Assembly: GCF_964355755.1 (NCBI RefSeq) | Contig: NC_092672.1 | Location: forward strand, 26,976,437-27,040,436 | Source: Antedon mediterranea | Lineage: Eukaryota > Animalia > Echinodermata | Reading direction: 5' to 3' | Length of the DNA stretch: 64,000 bases | Shown here: positions 38,201 to 50,544 of the stretch, piece by piece | Layout of the letters: each line of letters opens with the position of its first letter | How positions within the stretch are numbered: position 1 is the stretch's first letter | Notes under the pieces: generated by a model | What the model saw: the letters and a program-made list of their open reading frames with translations, nothing else | Told to the model about the DNA's origin: nothing | Databases searched by the model: none | Position numbers and translations under genes: made by a program

Positions 38201-41200
38201 AGTTTTGTATATTATTTTCTAGCAAGTTGTCCAGAAAACTATTGTTCAGAAAACGCTGAAGAATGCGTTGTTTATGGATCTGGTTACCAATGCCTGTGTA
38301 AAGAAGGTTACAACGGAGACCTTTGTGAAATTGGTAATCACATTATTTTGTAAATATATTTTTTAAGAAGACATTACACAGCAACTTAACATTTAAAAGT
38401 TGACATTTGTACTAGTAAATACCAACCATATTTGAAAACTATTTTTCCTTTACAGGATCAAAATCCAAGTTCAACTTTAACTATAATGCTAAATCCAATC
38501 CCAAAATGCTTCTCTATTTTTAAAGCGATTATGATTTTAAACTTTTTTAAAAATAAAAAGCAAGTTCTAGAATATCAATACCACCTGTCCCTTCTACTCA
38601 TTCTCAACATTCTGGGTCTACTTTTTCTCAACATCCTGAACTTTCCATTTTCCAACATCATGAGAATGTTCTGTTTCAACATCTTGGGTTTGCTCTTTCT
38701 CAATATCCTGAGACTGTTCCTTCACATCGATCCTGGTCATGTCTTTTTCTAACGTCTTTGTATTTACCATTGTTTTAAAATTATTTATTAAAATTGTTAG
38801 TAAATTACGTTTTATATTTTATTTTTCAGAACCGTGTCCATCTGATATGTGTTTGAATGGAGGTACATGTTTATACAACAGCGAGAAAACAACAGATGTT
38901 TATGCTTGTCATTGTGTTGCTGGGTATACTGGTCCAAGTTGTGATACAGGTATATATTTTGCACATTATGATTACAGAATAGAATAAAGAATTGAAGTGA
39001 AATTTTATCATACACCGAATAATTTCCCTCTTTTCCATTTTAGATTTTCTCTCTGTCCATATCTTCTAGATTTTCTTTATTTCCATGTATTTTTCTACTT
39101 TCTATTTCTTTTAGAATTTCTCTCTTTCCGTTTCTTTTACAGTTTCTCTCTTTCTAGTTCTTTTAGATTTTCTCTTTTCCATTTTCTTTAGTTTCTCTCT
39201 TTTCATTTCTTTTAGATTTCTCTTTCATTTATTTTAAAGTCTGTCTCTTTCCATTTTTTACAGTTTCTTTCTTTGACAATTTCTTTTCCATTTATTTTAG
39301 AGTTTATCTCTTTGTATTTCTTAATTGATTGCTTCTTTAATACTGAATAAAATGATGATTTAACTTGCATCTTTTCAAATTCAAGTTCTGATGCCCCGGC
39401 CATTCTCCATTTGAATGATTATGTTTACATTTCTCTTTCAGTAATCACCTCATGTTCTCAAGGTCCTTGTCAAAACGGTGGAACTTGTAATGATACTGCA
39501 TCTGGCTTCTCATGTGCCTGTACTGAGGTCTATGAAGGAGAATTTTGTCAACAAGGTAAACAAAATGAATCTATATAGAATTCAGATTTCTTTCTTACTG
39601 CTGGAAACTCTACCGAAACCAAAATGTTCAAAGCACATTTTGATGGCATGGGTGTGTTCGAAGCAGATTATAAAGACTATAAAGAATGCGTTTTTAACTT
39701 CAACTCTTTATAATTAGTAACTCTCAAAATACATAATAAAACTCTCCAATAACATATACTAAGATGGCGAATCCCATCATCACATCATAGCTATGTGTCT
39801 CACCCTGTCTTATTATAACGCAGGGGCTATTCATGTAAAGTTTACGAATACTACATATCACTTCAGTGTTAATAAGGAAATGTTTATTGATCCTTTCATG
39901 TTTGTTTATTTCTAAATAGACAAATGTGACAACTGCATGAATGGGGGCGCTTGTGTTTTAAAAAGTGGCAGCCCGATGTGCGACTGCTCCGGAACAGGAT
40001 ATGAAGGACAAAACTGTGAAAATGGTAAAACGTTATACATTTTTATTAACAAGTCAAAATCTATGAGATTACTGTACAAGAAAACGTATAGCTTATATTA
40101 TTTTGACTTAATGCTAAAATATAGAATTATAATAGCTCTTTTTTATAGGATAAGATCCTATCTTATGAAACTGGCTTTTAGGGTTAGGTCATATATGAAT
40201 CCTATAGTATTGTACAATACTATTGGATAGTGTAAAGATCCTTATGGAATCATACATTATTTTATATAATTAGTGTAGGCCTTTGTGCTATAAAAATCTT
40301 TTAGCATTGCACAAGACTTTATTATTGGATAGTATAAGGATCCTATGAAACCATACATAGTCTTATAGAATCCTATAGGATTCATACTTGCTCATATAAG
40401 AATCGTATATTATACAGGGCTTCTTATTGGATGATAGTTTACTGTAGTCTTATAGAATCCTATAGGACTCTGAATATATGGTACTGTAAGCATTTTTGTA
40501 TATCTGTTATAATATTCATGTTCTTTAATATTACTTACAGACATTAATGAGTGCATTAGTAACCCATGTCAAAATAATGGAGAGTGCATTAACCTAGTAA
40601 ATATATACCAGTGCAGATGTCCGAATTCTTACAGCGGAACAAACTGTCAAGAGGTTATAAGTAAGTTAGAGAATCACAACAAATAATTTAACAAGTGTAC
40701 TCACCAATTCAGACCTTCCAAATATCCCAATAATTGTGTCAGTTTCCCTACATTCCGAGTGATCTTCTGTCTCTTGTTAAATGTGCAATTTATTTTTATT
40801 TATTTTAACAATATTTTGCGAGGGTGATCCTTCCAGCCGAAGCTGATCACAGTGACCCTCACAAAAATACAAAATGACGAGATATCTCTCCAACATATAT
40901 TTTCATTTGATACTGTATGTTATTTATGTGAGTGTAACCCCTCCCCCACTTACCCACCCCACACACCAGTGTAACCCCTCCCATCCCCTAGTGTACCAGG
41001 AACAAACAATATGAAAACAACAAGGAAACCATTGGTTCCTAGTCAATGGAATTTTTGCACGGTATTTGAATTCTGAAAGAGTTTTAATTTTGGCAATTTT
41101 GTTTTTCAGCTGATAGCTGCAATCCCAATCCTTGTAAAAATAGAGCCGATTGCATCAACACAAACACAGGTTTTGCATGCGTGTGCCTCGATGGGTTTAA

Positions 41201-41947
41201 AGGTGAAGATTGCGCAGATAAAGAAAAAAGTAGTAACGGTAAGGCGCACACACACATTTATAATTAGTGGTTCAGAAAGAAAATCCATACAGTATGACAC
41301 TGTATTACAGAATTGTGACAAATTGTTCCATTTGTGGAGATATACAGAGAATCTTGTGAGCCGGAAGTGGTTTGTTATTTCATATCGGTAGTAGGCCTAT
41401 ATACTTCACATACAATTAAAAACAATGTACAGTATTACCCGCAGCTTAATAATATGGAATAAAAATTAAATAAACATTCTTACGAACAAGTAAATTTGTT
41501 GTTAATTTGCTATTTTAGAGATTTGGATTTTATTTCCATTGATTTGTTACCGTTTAAGAATGTAGAATGTTTTCGGTATATAAAAAACCTTTGGCTCAAT
41601 CCTTATCAACAAAATTAATATTATATTTGCTTTTCCTTTTAACAGTTGCTGTCAACAGTACTGTATATGACGCGCTGTATATATCGCGTTCTGAAACCGA
41701 CAGCTGAGATAGTCGGTCGCCGAGGTGGACCAAAAATAAAGTTTAAATTGAAATAATATATTTACCTTTAAACTTTCTATTCTTTTTAGATCCATTGACT
41801 GATGACGGGGATGATCTTTTCCTGGAACCATGGTGGATTGCTCTGATTGGTCTGCTTGTTCTTTTACTTGTAATCTTTCTCTGTGTCTTACTATGCACTA
41901 TGAATGGAAGGTCCAAATCTGAAGGAAAAGAATTACTGGATTATTAA
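11214..41947 (+). CDS. Gene B: type I membrane protein, SP-Reeler-25xEGF-CUB-9xEGF-TM-short cytoplasmic tail (~1671 aa, 39 exons; Notch/fibropellin-like EGF array)
   Basis: SP+Reeler exons: 11214-11403, 15025-15250, 16681-16742. EGF exons: 18109-18243, 18794-18916, 19484-19591, 20226-20339, 21391-21510, 22087-22209, 22570-22680, 22961-23080, 23456-23572, 23829-23954, 24876-25001, 26023-26148, 26667-26783, 27279-27392, 28456-28575, 29399-29515, 29737-29841, 30161-30274, 30532-30654, 31150-31263, 32333-32446, 32980-33093, 33416-33529, 34082-34195, 35017-35130. CUB: 35646-36008. EGF: 36647-36766, 37231-37353, 37921-38052, 38223-38333, 38830-38949, 39442-39555, 39920-40024, 40541-40660, 41110-41238. 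TM and stop: 41790-41947. All junctions are GT-AG and in frame. Confidence 0.9.
12256..12299. repeat. Perfect short palindrome with 20-bp arms
   Basis: GACCATGGACCTATAAATTA-gtaa-TAATTTATAGGTCCATGGTC; related CCATGGAGCTAT motifs at ~6625 and ~13405. Confidence 0.85.
15025..15250 (+). CDS. Gene B exon 2, Reeler domain core (missed by ORF track)
   Basis: ttag|..[74 protein letters not shown]..|gtaagt. Same intron phases (1,2) as gene A exon 2. Confidence 0.93.
23143..25388 (+). repeat. Recent tandem segmental duplication inside gene B (copy 1 23143-24361, copy 2 24362-~25388)
   Basis: Intron and exon sequence are near-identical; both copies start GTTACCAACCTGTAAATCTAG; copy 2 lacks the equivalent of exon 23456-23572. 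Confidence 0.93.
27437..28266. mobile_element. HINE/DINE-1-like element with (GACA/GACC)n tracts
   Basis: Subterminal inverted repeat AGTCGCGTG (27457) / CACGCGACT (28253), terminal hairpin AGTCGC-TTCCAC-GCGACT, duplicated core GCATAGTGATACCGGACCGACAGAC. Confidence 0.75.
28666..28814. mobile_element. MITE family with three copies in gene B introns (also 21713-21845, and ~37020-37156 inverted)
   Basis: TIR CTCTGTCTACACTATCAAACT / AGTTTGATAGTGTA..; shared core TGTGATGTG..CAAATATGGTAGTG..GACATCATC. Confidence 0.7.
31500..32147. repeat. 43-bp minisatellite, ~15 copies, intronic
   Basis: Unit ATGCCTTCTATTCAATCGTGACCTAGTTCAAATGTTGTAACTA, highly homogeneous. Confidence 0.97.
35646..36008 (+). CDS. 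Gene B CUB-domain exon
   Basis: [79 protein letters not shown] matches the CUB pattern; 363 nt, phase 1-1. Confidence 0.92.
41790..41947 (+). CDS. Gene B terminal exon: transmembrane helix and short cytoplasmic tail
   Basis: [52 protein letters not shown]; polypyrimidine-AG acceptor at 41789. Confidence 0.88.
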
Positions 41948-42039
41948 TTTTAATTATTTTAATTATAATAAATAATTACATGAAATATAACATTGTGTTA
42001 AAAATGTAATACCATTTTTTGGTAATATGAACAATTATA

Positions 42040-43130
42040 TACAGTGGAACCCCTATTACGCGGGCACCTTCTGGACCCAACTAGTGTCCACTAAAACATG
42101 TATTGTATATGTATGTATGTATACGGAAGTGTCCCTTACTAGGGTGTCCCAAACGAGGGGATCTACTGCATGTCAGAATGTGAAAACCTAATATAATGTA
42201 AGATGTTTATTGTATTATATAATACTAATAATAATAATAATTATCATAAACCCACCTGGAATTGTCTTCTTTATGATATATGCAAATTTATTGTAAATAT
42301 GTAGGTATTATGTGGTATTTAAGAAGTATATAAATCAACATTTTTGGTAATTATGCGTTTTCACAATACAGTGGCACTCATATTAAGGGGAACCTTTGGG
42401 ACCTAACAAAGTGCCTTTGACCGTAGTGTTATAGTTATAAGGGCACTCGTTCGTTTCCTTATAACGTGCCCCCTTCATAGGGGTGTCCGTCTCAATAGGG
42501 GTGTACAGATTGCAGGTTACCTTAATTAATTGAAGGTATTTTTATTAATTTAACTCTGTAACATATGTATTTTATTAGATCTAAAAATTAATATATACTA
42601 ATATAGATACAGGAAACTATAGTTTTATTAATTAGTGATAAACACTGTTTTGTTTACGATTGTGACATTCAAGATAAATAACTACACACAGTGAAACTCC
42701 TATTAAAGGACAATCGTTTTACAGAATGTCCCTTTAATCCTGAGTGTTCATTAAATTATTTAAGTTTAACTCTGTTCCTTTAATATTATTATATCTTAAA
42801 TATGACTGTTTTTATAATTATAAATGCCCTGTCAATGTGAATATAACCAAGTGTACCTCTTTATTGTGAGTACATGTTCATTTAATACGGTACCTTTAAT
42901 ATTTAGTGTTTCCTTAATATGAATATCTCATGTGCGTTTATTTAATATCGAGTGTCTCTTTAATAACATACGTCCCTTTGATATTAGTATTCCTTTATTA
43001 AAACTGTCCATGTTGATATTAGTGTGCCTTAATTAAGAATTACCTATTTAATATGATTACCACCATTATGTTTGAATGCTCGGTTAATAGTCTATACTGT
43101 AAGAGTGTCCCTTTAATAGGGGTTTCCAAT
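42040..43130. mobile_element. Cluster of decayed TA-CAGT (Tc1/pogo-type) MITEs downstream of the gene B stop
   Basis: Starts TACAGTGGAACCCCTATT (42040), TACAGTGGCACTC (42368) and CAGTGAAACTCCTATTAAAGGACA (42689); matching end GTGTCCCTTTAATAGGGGTTTCCA (~43105-43129). Confidence 0.6.
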
Positions 43131-43481
43131 TTGTCTTTATGTCACTAATAAATATTAAGGGTTCTTCTGATAGCCAGACATTTGGTGGAATAGGTTTCCA
43201 AATTTAGGCTTTTATTATTTGTTTTATTAATTGTAATTAGATAATTAAACTGTACATGTATAAATAACGTTTTGCTAGGCCTTCTTATTATGCAATACTA
43301 TTAGTTACTAAACGTTCGTATTGTTGTGTTCAAATCGTACAACAAAAATGATTGTTTATGGTGTTGAGTTCACGTGTAGCTCAGTATAATTTACTGAATA
43401 CTGAATACTGAAATGCTTTATCTGTCCATCATCATCATAAAATAACAACAGAAATTCTTCTTCAAGATTGACAATTATTAG

Positions 43482-43482
<1 letters not shown>

Positions 43483-43528
<46 letters not shown>
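43483..43528. repeat. (AAT)n microsatellite
   Basis: ~15 perfect units. Confidence 0.97.
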
Positions 43529-43529
<1 letters not shown>

Positions 43530-45018
43530 TTAGGCCTAATATACTATAACATTCCATACCATTCTTTGTAAAATGTAACATAATGTACTGGTTATGTGGG
43601 TGTGACTATTCAACAAAAGCACTATGTAATTGAAAGTGATTTATATCAATAAAATTATGTATATACTATATGTATGGAGGATTATAAAAATAATTTTGAG
43701 GTAAATCTAAATTTCGTGTCTCGAAATGTTCTTGTACCTATTATGAAGACTTCGTTAGGAGGATTTACCTTAAAATGTAATTATCTTTATATTTTGACTA
43801 AAATCCGAAACTTTCCTAGGTGGTGGATTGATTCCTCCATGCTCTATATGTATGTTTTCATGTATTTTTTTTTTATATTAGATTTTTTTTTAAAGTGTAT
43901 ATTTAAAAAAAATGCTGCTGTGAAAAAAAACAGCTCAAATTTGAAACAAATGAAAACCTTGACATTTTGTATTTATACATTTTGAATAAATGTAAAATAT
44001 ATTCGTATTAAAACTGATTTTTTTATATAATGTAATGTAATTTTGTTATAATGATAATGATGGTGAACATGATGTTAATAAAAAAACTGGTCATGTAGGC
44101 CTAGTAATAGAAATGGCCTATTGCAAGAGATTATGAAAATAAAATGCAAAGTAATATGAATTACTCGTGATGCGTATAGTAGCCTAGCTTCAGTTGAGAA
44201 ATCAATTACGAGTTTGCAAACACATCTGATAATCGTATAAATGTAACATTCTCCATTCTCACTCCTGAGGAGGATCAAAACATATTGATCGAAACGGCGA
44301 AAAACTCAACAGTTCATTTCAGAACTATACGTGGGTGTACCGCAAACTTTATATAAACATTCGAATTTCGCCATGCAAACCTTCAAATAATGTAACATTA
44401 ACTAAACAAACACTTTATGAAATCTTCTTCACGTTTTGATTCGTTTGTTATTTATCGCGTATTGAACAAATATACATTAATAAAATACACATGTTATGTT
44501 TCATATATCGTAATTGTTATGAGATAACATCTATTTTGTAAGTGGTGGGCGAATCATTGTAATCTTACAGGTGACGTCACAACGTTACCAGCCAATTCTC
44601 TTACCAGTCATAAAGTTACAGTAACGCATATAAGATAAAGGTATACTAGTCAGCAGACAAGAAACTGCAAGTGCTGTTTATTGTTGCGAGACATGATATA
44701 CCACACAAGAATTGAGTCTTAGTCAACTATTAAAGCTATTATACTATGACAGTAGGCCTAATTGGTGCGAGTCATTACGTTCTTGTGGGTGACAACTAAA
44801 TTAAATCCAACATGTAGGCCCCTTCTATGCAGTATAACGTTAGCTTAGACTACATTATGATCTTGTTGAATGTTACATGAACTGCAGTATAAAAGTAGTT
44901 CTAATCTTATAATTATTTTAAAGTGTAATCTATTGGCCTACTGTGTGAACTTAGTTAAAGACATGATATGCGAGTTCCTACGCACAAAAATATGAGGGAC
45001 AATTATTGTCCTCTTAAA

Positions 45019-45209
45019 GGCCAACTTTTACACAGACAAGCGGTAACACGGTAAGTCAAAAACCGCGTAGCTTGTTCCACGTAGAATCTGTATCTAAAAC
45101 AATGGGGGCGGAAACCGCCCGTCCACTCCACGTTGTGTGTAAATGGTCATAAGAAATAACATAGATCTATATGTTTATTACCGCTACCGCCCGTCTGTGT
45201 AAATTGGCA
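45019..45209. mobile_element. PIF/Harbinger-like MITE
   Basis: TIR GCCAACTTTTACACAGAC / GTCTGTGTAAATTGGC, inner GCGGTAA/TTACCGC. Confidence 0.65.
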
Positions 45210-46297
45210 TTATTGCGTAAAATACAAACACAATTAAAGTCCTCTTACAAATCAACTCAACTGCTAATTTTTACAGGTCACTATGTCGGTCGGTTGGTCG
45301 GTTGGTTGGTCGGTCGGTCGGTAAACACTAACTAAATTTTTAGCACGGGACTGTTAAAAAAAATAATAAGGGATACGTTGTTCGTTTAGATCAGAGTTCC
45401 AACTCTACACACAGTCTCAATATTACATTACATACTTACACTCTCTCAATTATGATAACGACATTAACGACTGTATCACAACTTATTTAGTTACATTGAA
45501 GTGAATTGCCTGTTATTCAAAACGCATTGCTTTAATGCGTACTGTTATGGAGTAAATGTAATGAAGTTAATTTGAACTGATTTAATAACGTAAGCTATAG
45601 AAGCTACATAGTTACAATAGCGCAAGAATGATATTTGTTACGAATAGCTTTCCCTCATTTTATGAATGGCTTAATTAAAACCATTGTCTACGATGTACTT
45701 CCAAAATCTTTCATCAGTGTTTGTGCAAATTAATATGTGTTATTGTGAAAGATTTTCTGGTTGATTTGTTTGTGTTTGCTGTATATTACTGTTTATGAAT
45801 ATTTGAAATAAAAAAATTTGAATGAATGACAAGATTGTCTGTAAAATGAAACTAATTGACAAAAACATTTTGTCTATTGTTATATCCATATAATGTGTAA
45901 GGCATTGTTCGTAATATTATTTGTAAACACATAGGAAATTCCTATATCACATCACTCTCGCTAAAGTTGTTTCATCAGTTAAACAAACGAATCTGGAATC
46001 GTCATGTTTCGATATATTTGTTTTAACTAACATATTACTGAAAACCCTAATGGCGTTTGATGGATTACCTATATAATGTTATTCCTCAAACTAATCCTTT
46101 CCTCGCTCCCCATAAGACACTGAAAAAGTTAGGACGTTAATGAATTACAAATAGATTATAGGCCTAATTGGTATCATTGCTGGAAGACAACTGGGACATT
46201 TTGTTGCAAGAAGGATTTTTTATAAAGTAAATATGTCGAATTTAGAGTAGGCATGTGCGTTTTTCAGTCAGGATTTATTTTAACTCTGTGAATATTG

Positions 46298-46440
46298 ACC
46301 AATAGTGATAGAAATTATGAGTTTATGGGAGTGTCATTTCATGGTATAAAGGTATAAAAATGTGATACACAGACGACAAATACCATTCACTTTTGACAAA
46401 TTACGGTAGGCCTACTGCTTTGATAAACCAGTCATTTCAA
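46298..46440 (+). promoter_or_regulatory. Putative core promoter of discoidin gene 1
   Basis: CCAAT (~46299), TTATGGGAGTGTCATTT (46323), TATAAA twice (46345, 46353), CTTTGATAAACCAGTCATT. Same motif order as upstream of gene 2. Confidence 0.6.
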
Positions 46441-46451
46441 CGGAAATCAAG

Positions 46452-48092
46452 ATGTTAAGATCAACTGTTCTAGTATTTATCATCTACGCATTGGTGCTTG
46501 GTGATAAAGGTAGTGTATTTACTTTTTTAATTTGAGATCTTTGAATACAGACCCATGCTATTGATAGATAGTAATACATTTTATTATGTTATGTGTCACT
46601 TACAATATATTATATAGATTGGATTTCTATCATTTTTGTTTTGATGTGGTGTTATTTTGTATTTAGTGACAATGCACAAATAAACAACATATTTATTTAT
46701 TGCTTTTTTTGTTTACCTGCAGTTGCATCCAGCTGTACGAATCCGTTAAGAGTTGGTCTCGAAGCCAATAGCGGAAAAATTTCAGACAGCTCATTTACAT
46801 GCAGTTCCAACGAGGGTGGCTATGGACCTTCAAGAGGCCGATTGAATACGATGGCCGATAGCTTTGGGAGGGGAGGGTGGATGCCCAAAGGGGGTGACTC
46901 CAACTCTTGGCTTAAGGTCGATTTGGGACAGACTTATGGTATCGTTGGGATAATTACCCAAGGACGAGAGGATGCAGAGCAGTGGGTTACGGAGTATACA
47001 GTTTCATACGGAAAGAAAGACGGCAAATATTTCGACGTCGAAGATTCTACTGGCTCTCAGGTAGGTATACTGCCTCTAAAAATAAAAAAAAAAGAAAGCA
47101 GAAATAACGATCAGACTTTTGGATAAATAGGCCGAATTTCTAAATTCTCTTTTGTTTATTTAAATAGATATTGTTTGTTGGGAACAAAGATAATAACTCT
47201 GAGGTTATCAAGAAATTTGACAGGAAAACAGCCCGTTACGTGCGAATTCATCCAACGGACTTTCATAACGTTCCTTGCCTCAGGTTTGAACTTCTTTACT
47301 GTGACAATTGGTAAGTTTTTACATCTACACAATGCTATATAACATTGTCCTGTTGTACATCTGGGTTAGAACATTGTTAGGTGATGTTATTTATTATTCA
47401 TTGTCCTTCAAAGCATATATTACGATGAATACAATCAAACTTATAATAGACCATTTTCAAGTTTTAATCAAGTTATTCATCTTTTTCTTAAAAAAGAGAA
47501 CAAAACAATGATTTACTTTATAAAAAATACAAAATAAACGGTTAAATTTAACCAAACCCCATTGACTTCCAGGCATTAGGCTTCCGGTAGCCTATTTTGT
47601 AATAATAACAAAATTTAAAAACATGTTTCCCAATCCTATTTTTTTTTTTCGAAAAATGTAAATACATTTTTTCCAATCATACTTTGTTGTAGTAGCAAAA
47701 AACTAAAATTATGTGACATTAAAATTGCGTATTCAACACAACATTTTTACTCGGTGGTCTTCATGACTAAAATACAATAGAACATTCATTTAGGACCTAT
47801 TAACAATTACAATATGCAATAGTACAAGGTTCTACTGTCTTTATTTATTTAACAACATCTTTTACAGAATTAAACAATCAGGTAAATGAAAACCGGTTTG
47901 GTCTTTGTCAACATCATCTCTTTATTATTTCAAGATTTAAGATTCTTCATTCAAACAGTTATTCCGACAGTCAACAGGGAAAAGATTAGTCAATTATATA
48001 AAAATCACTTTTGTGTAACTATGATTTGACAAATAAAAAAAGAGATATTGTGAAATGTAATTTAATTCTTAATAATTTTCATATTTTTCAGA
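46452..48092 (+). CDS. Secreted single discoidin (F5/8 type C) domain protein 1, ~179 aa
   Basis: Exons 46452-46509 (signal MLRSTVLVFIIYALVLG), 46723-47060 (C..GLE..I.DS.F..SS..RGRLN..GGW..WLKVDLG..GIITQGR..WVTEYTVSY), 47168-47310 (F.GN.D..ARYVRIHP..LRFELLYC), and 48092 completing the TG^A stop. Confidence 0.92.
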
Positions 48093-48521
48093 TAAATGTC
48101 AAATAAAATGGTGAAGATACGATCCTGACTCGACAAGTCACTGCATCAGTCTTATAGATAGGCATATATAGTATTAATTAGTAACTAAATCTTGATATTT
48201 ATCAGTTAAATTTAGAAATTTTAAAACAATTATTTAATTAATTGATGGTACAATTAGTAAAATAAACAAAAATATAAATTAAAATCTACACTAATTATAG
48301 CTTACTTAAAAACTTAATGATGGCAATTAATTTATGTTCTAATATGTGATTTATTGATGTTTTAAAAAAATATTGTGTTTTTTCGCTGAAATGGAAATAA
48401 ATTAAATGTATGACTATATGCACTTATAGAACTTGTTTTTTACTGTCTTTACAAATTCTCAAACAACCAAATAAATAAACGATACAAATGAACACATTGT
48501 TTCAAAGGCAGCAGTCAAAAG

Positions 48522-48634
48522 AACAAGGCCATATATATGGCTGCAGTCGCGTACTCAAGTTAGTGGTTACCGACCGACCGACCGACCAACCGACCGACAT
48601 AGTGAGCTGTAGAGTCGCGTTACACGACTAAAAA
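48522..48634. mobile_element. Miniature copy of the same HINE family
   Basis: AACAAGGCC..AGTCGCGT..(CCGA)n CATAGTGA..AGAGTCGCGTTACACGACTAAAAAT; same ends as 27437-28266. A partial inverted copy lies at 45278-45333. Confidence 0.7.
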
Positions 48635-50216
48635 TGAAGAGAAGAAAACTTAATCACTATAATATAAGTGGTCTACTTACAAGCAAAACGACACGATGAA
48701 TAAATTACATTAAACCTTTACAATATTATAATGTATGAGCTAATGAATGAATGGAATATAATTAATATAATAATGCCATTAAATTCAACTAGGTAGAACC
48801 TAACTAAATATAGCAAGTCATATAAAAACGAGTCTTATGTGCATTAAGTACTTTTTAATTGGTGATGAATGAATGAATGGAGAGAAATGCAAGTTATTTG
48901 CTAGTGTTATGTTTAACTTCTCTTTACGTACTAAAGTAGACTTTTAGACTGAACTGCTTTTGTAGAAGTGACCAGATTAACAGACATTCTATGCTTCTAT
49001 ATATAAATTTACGTAAAGGCAAAATTCGGTAAATCGCGCCTTACTTTTAGAATTTTTACTCGATGGTATATAAAGTTGGTTCGTACTTTCGGTACTGATT
49101 TTAACCACCTGATGTAACCCTGTTTACTAATTAAATTAAGATAGATAATTAGTTATTGACGATTAAAACGAATTTAGGTTCAACGATTTTCCTCAAATAG
49201 GGGTGTTTTCCGATCGTGGTATACACTGTCTAATGGATGTCCATCTTGAAAAATACCCGCCTAAAAAATGCGAGGAAGCTTCGCATTTTCCTATCTCCTC
49301 CTACGATAATTGTTTTTAATAACTGAAAACCGGTTGAACAGCTAGAGTACAGCATCATAATGTTGAAGACATGCCGATTTTCTTTTAAAAATACTATTTT
49401 GATAGATTTAATATACGATTATACAAATGTATTGATTTGCGATGAATGGAACATCCCAATCTCTCAGTCTGCCAGAGTTTGGTTTAACACAAGTAGGTAA
49501 ATTTATGAGCCCTTGGTTTAACACATACGGTAGGTAAATATATGGGCCCTTTGAGAATAAACTTGCAATACTTTGACAATACTGTAAATACCTATTAACT
49601 ATTTGAATCGAGGATTTCTTACTGTGAAGTTCGTACTGTTAGATGTACTAATATACAAATATATACAAATAAACGTCATTACAGAGATTGTGGATAGGCT
49701 CTACTGTTAGATATACAAATAAACTTTATACTAACAGTTCCTTCTCAACGTTTGTATTAATTAATAATTACTAATAATATAAACGTCGTAGTGGTGTATC
49801 GTGACATGTACTTTAATATTTCAATCGATTATGACAGTGACAGTTTTAACAAAGTATTAAATCGCAAATGTTTTACTGTATTTAGAGGTATATTATTTAT
49901 AGGCCTATAAAACATGAAAAAAATATTTCGTTACTGAGTGGATAAAGAATATATTTAAAAATGGTTCTTCTTTGTACCTATCCGCTTTCCCATCCCTCAA
50001 CCCTAATGTTACATACAAAACACAAATTCAAAAATTTGGACTCATTTTGTGGTAAGTTTCTCCTTCGGAAGTAATTCCCAGGGTTCTAATTTTAGTTGAC
50101 TACATAAATCATCGTGTCTATTTATTCGTTTCTGTAAACGAAAATGTATTATAGTCCTGCGGTACGTAAATTTGAAATCGCCAGTTTTGTTACGCTGAAA
50201 TTACTGTGTATTCAAG

Positions 50217-50273
50217 AACCATCTGTGGGCACGACCTAGATGGTACGCGAGCGAAGCGAGCGTACCATCTAGT
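50217..50273 (+). mobile_element. Helitron-type 3' terminus (hairpin + CTAGT)
   Basis: CTAGATGGTACGC GAGCGAAGCGA GCGTACCATCTAG T; 5' end not located. Confidence 0.6.
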
Positions 50274-50544
50274 CTTGATAAATCAGTAACGTGTTTCTGA
50301 ATACGAAGCCTCAATGCCCTCTTGCACTAATAATCTACACGTTAAATTAGAGCACATGTTTGTCTGTCTTTCTTTACGAAAAAGAGACAGCAGATTAGAT
50401 AAAAGCTTAATTCAAAAACACGTTAACGGACTTTTAATAAACTAATTTAAACTAACATTATGATATCAAATAAATCCCAGTGGATTTGATTTTTGCAAGA
50501 TTAAGAATCAATTATTAGTTTATCACTATTTAGGGCCCCAATTC

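Noticed and set aside
38997-39403. Phe-rich and Lys/Glu-rich ORFs
   Set aside because: Pyrimidine-rich low-complexity intron sequence.
11214-41947. Calling gene B Notch, Delta/Serrate, Crumbs, reelin or fibropellin
   Set aside because: No LNR/ANK, DSL, laminin-G/ERLI, reelin repeats or avidin domain seen, so no gene symbol is assigned.
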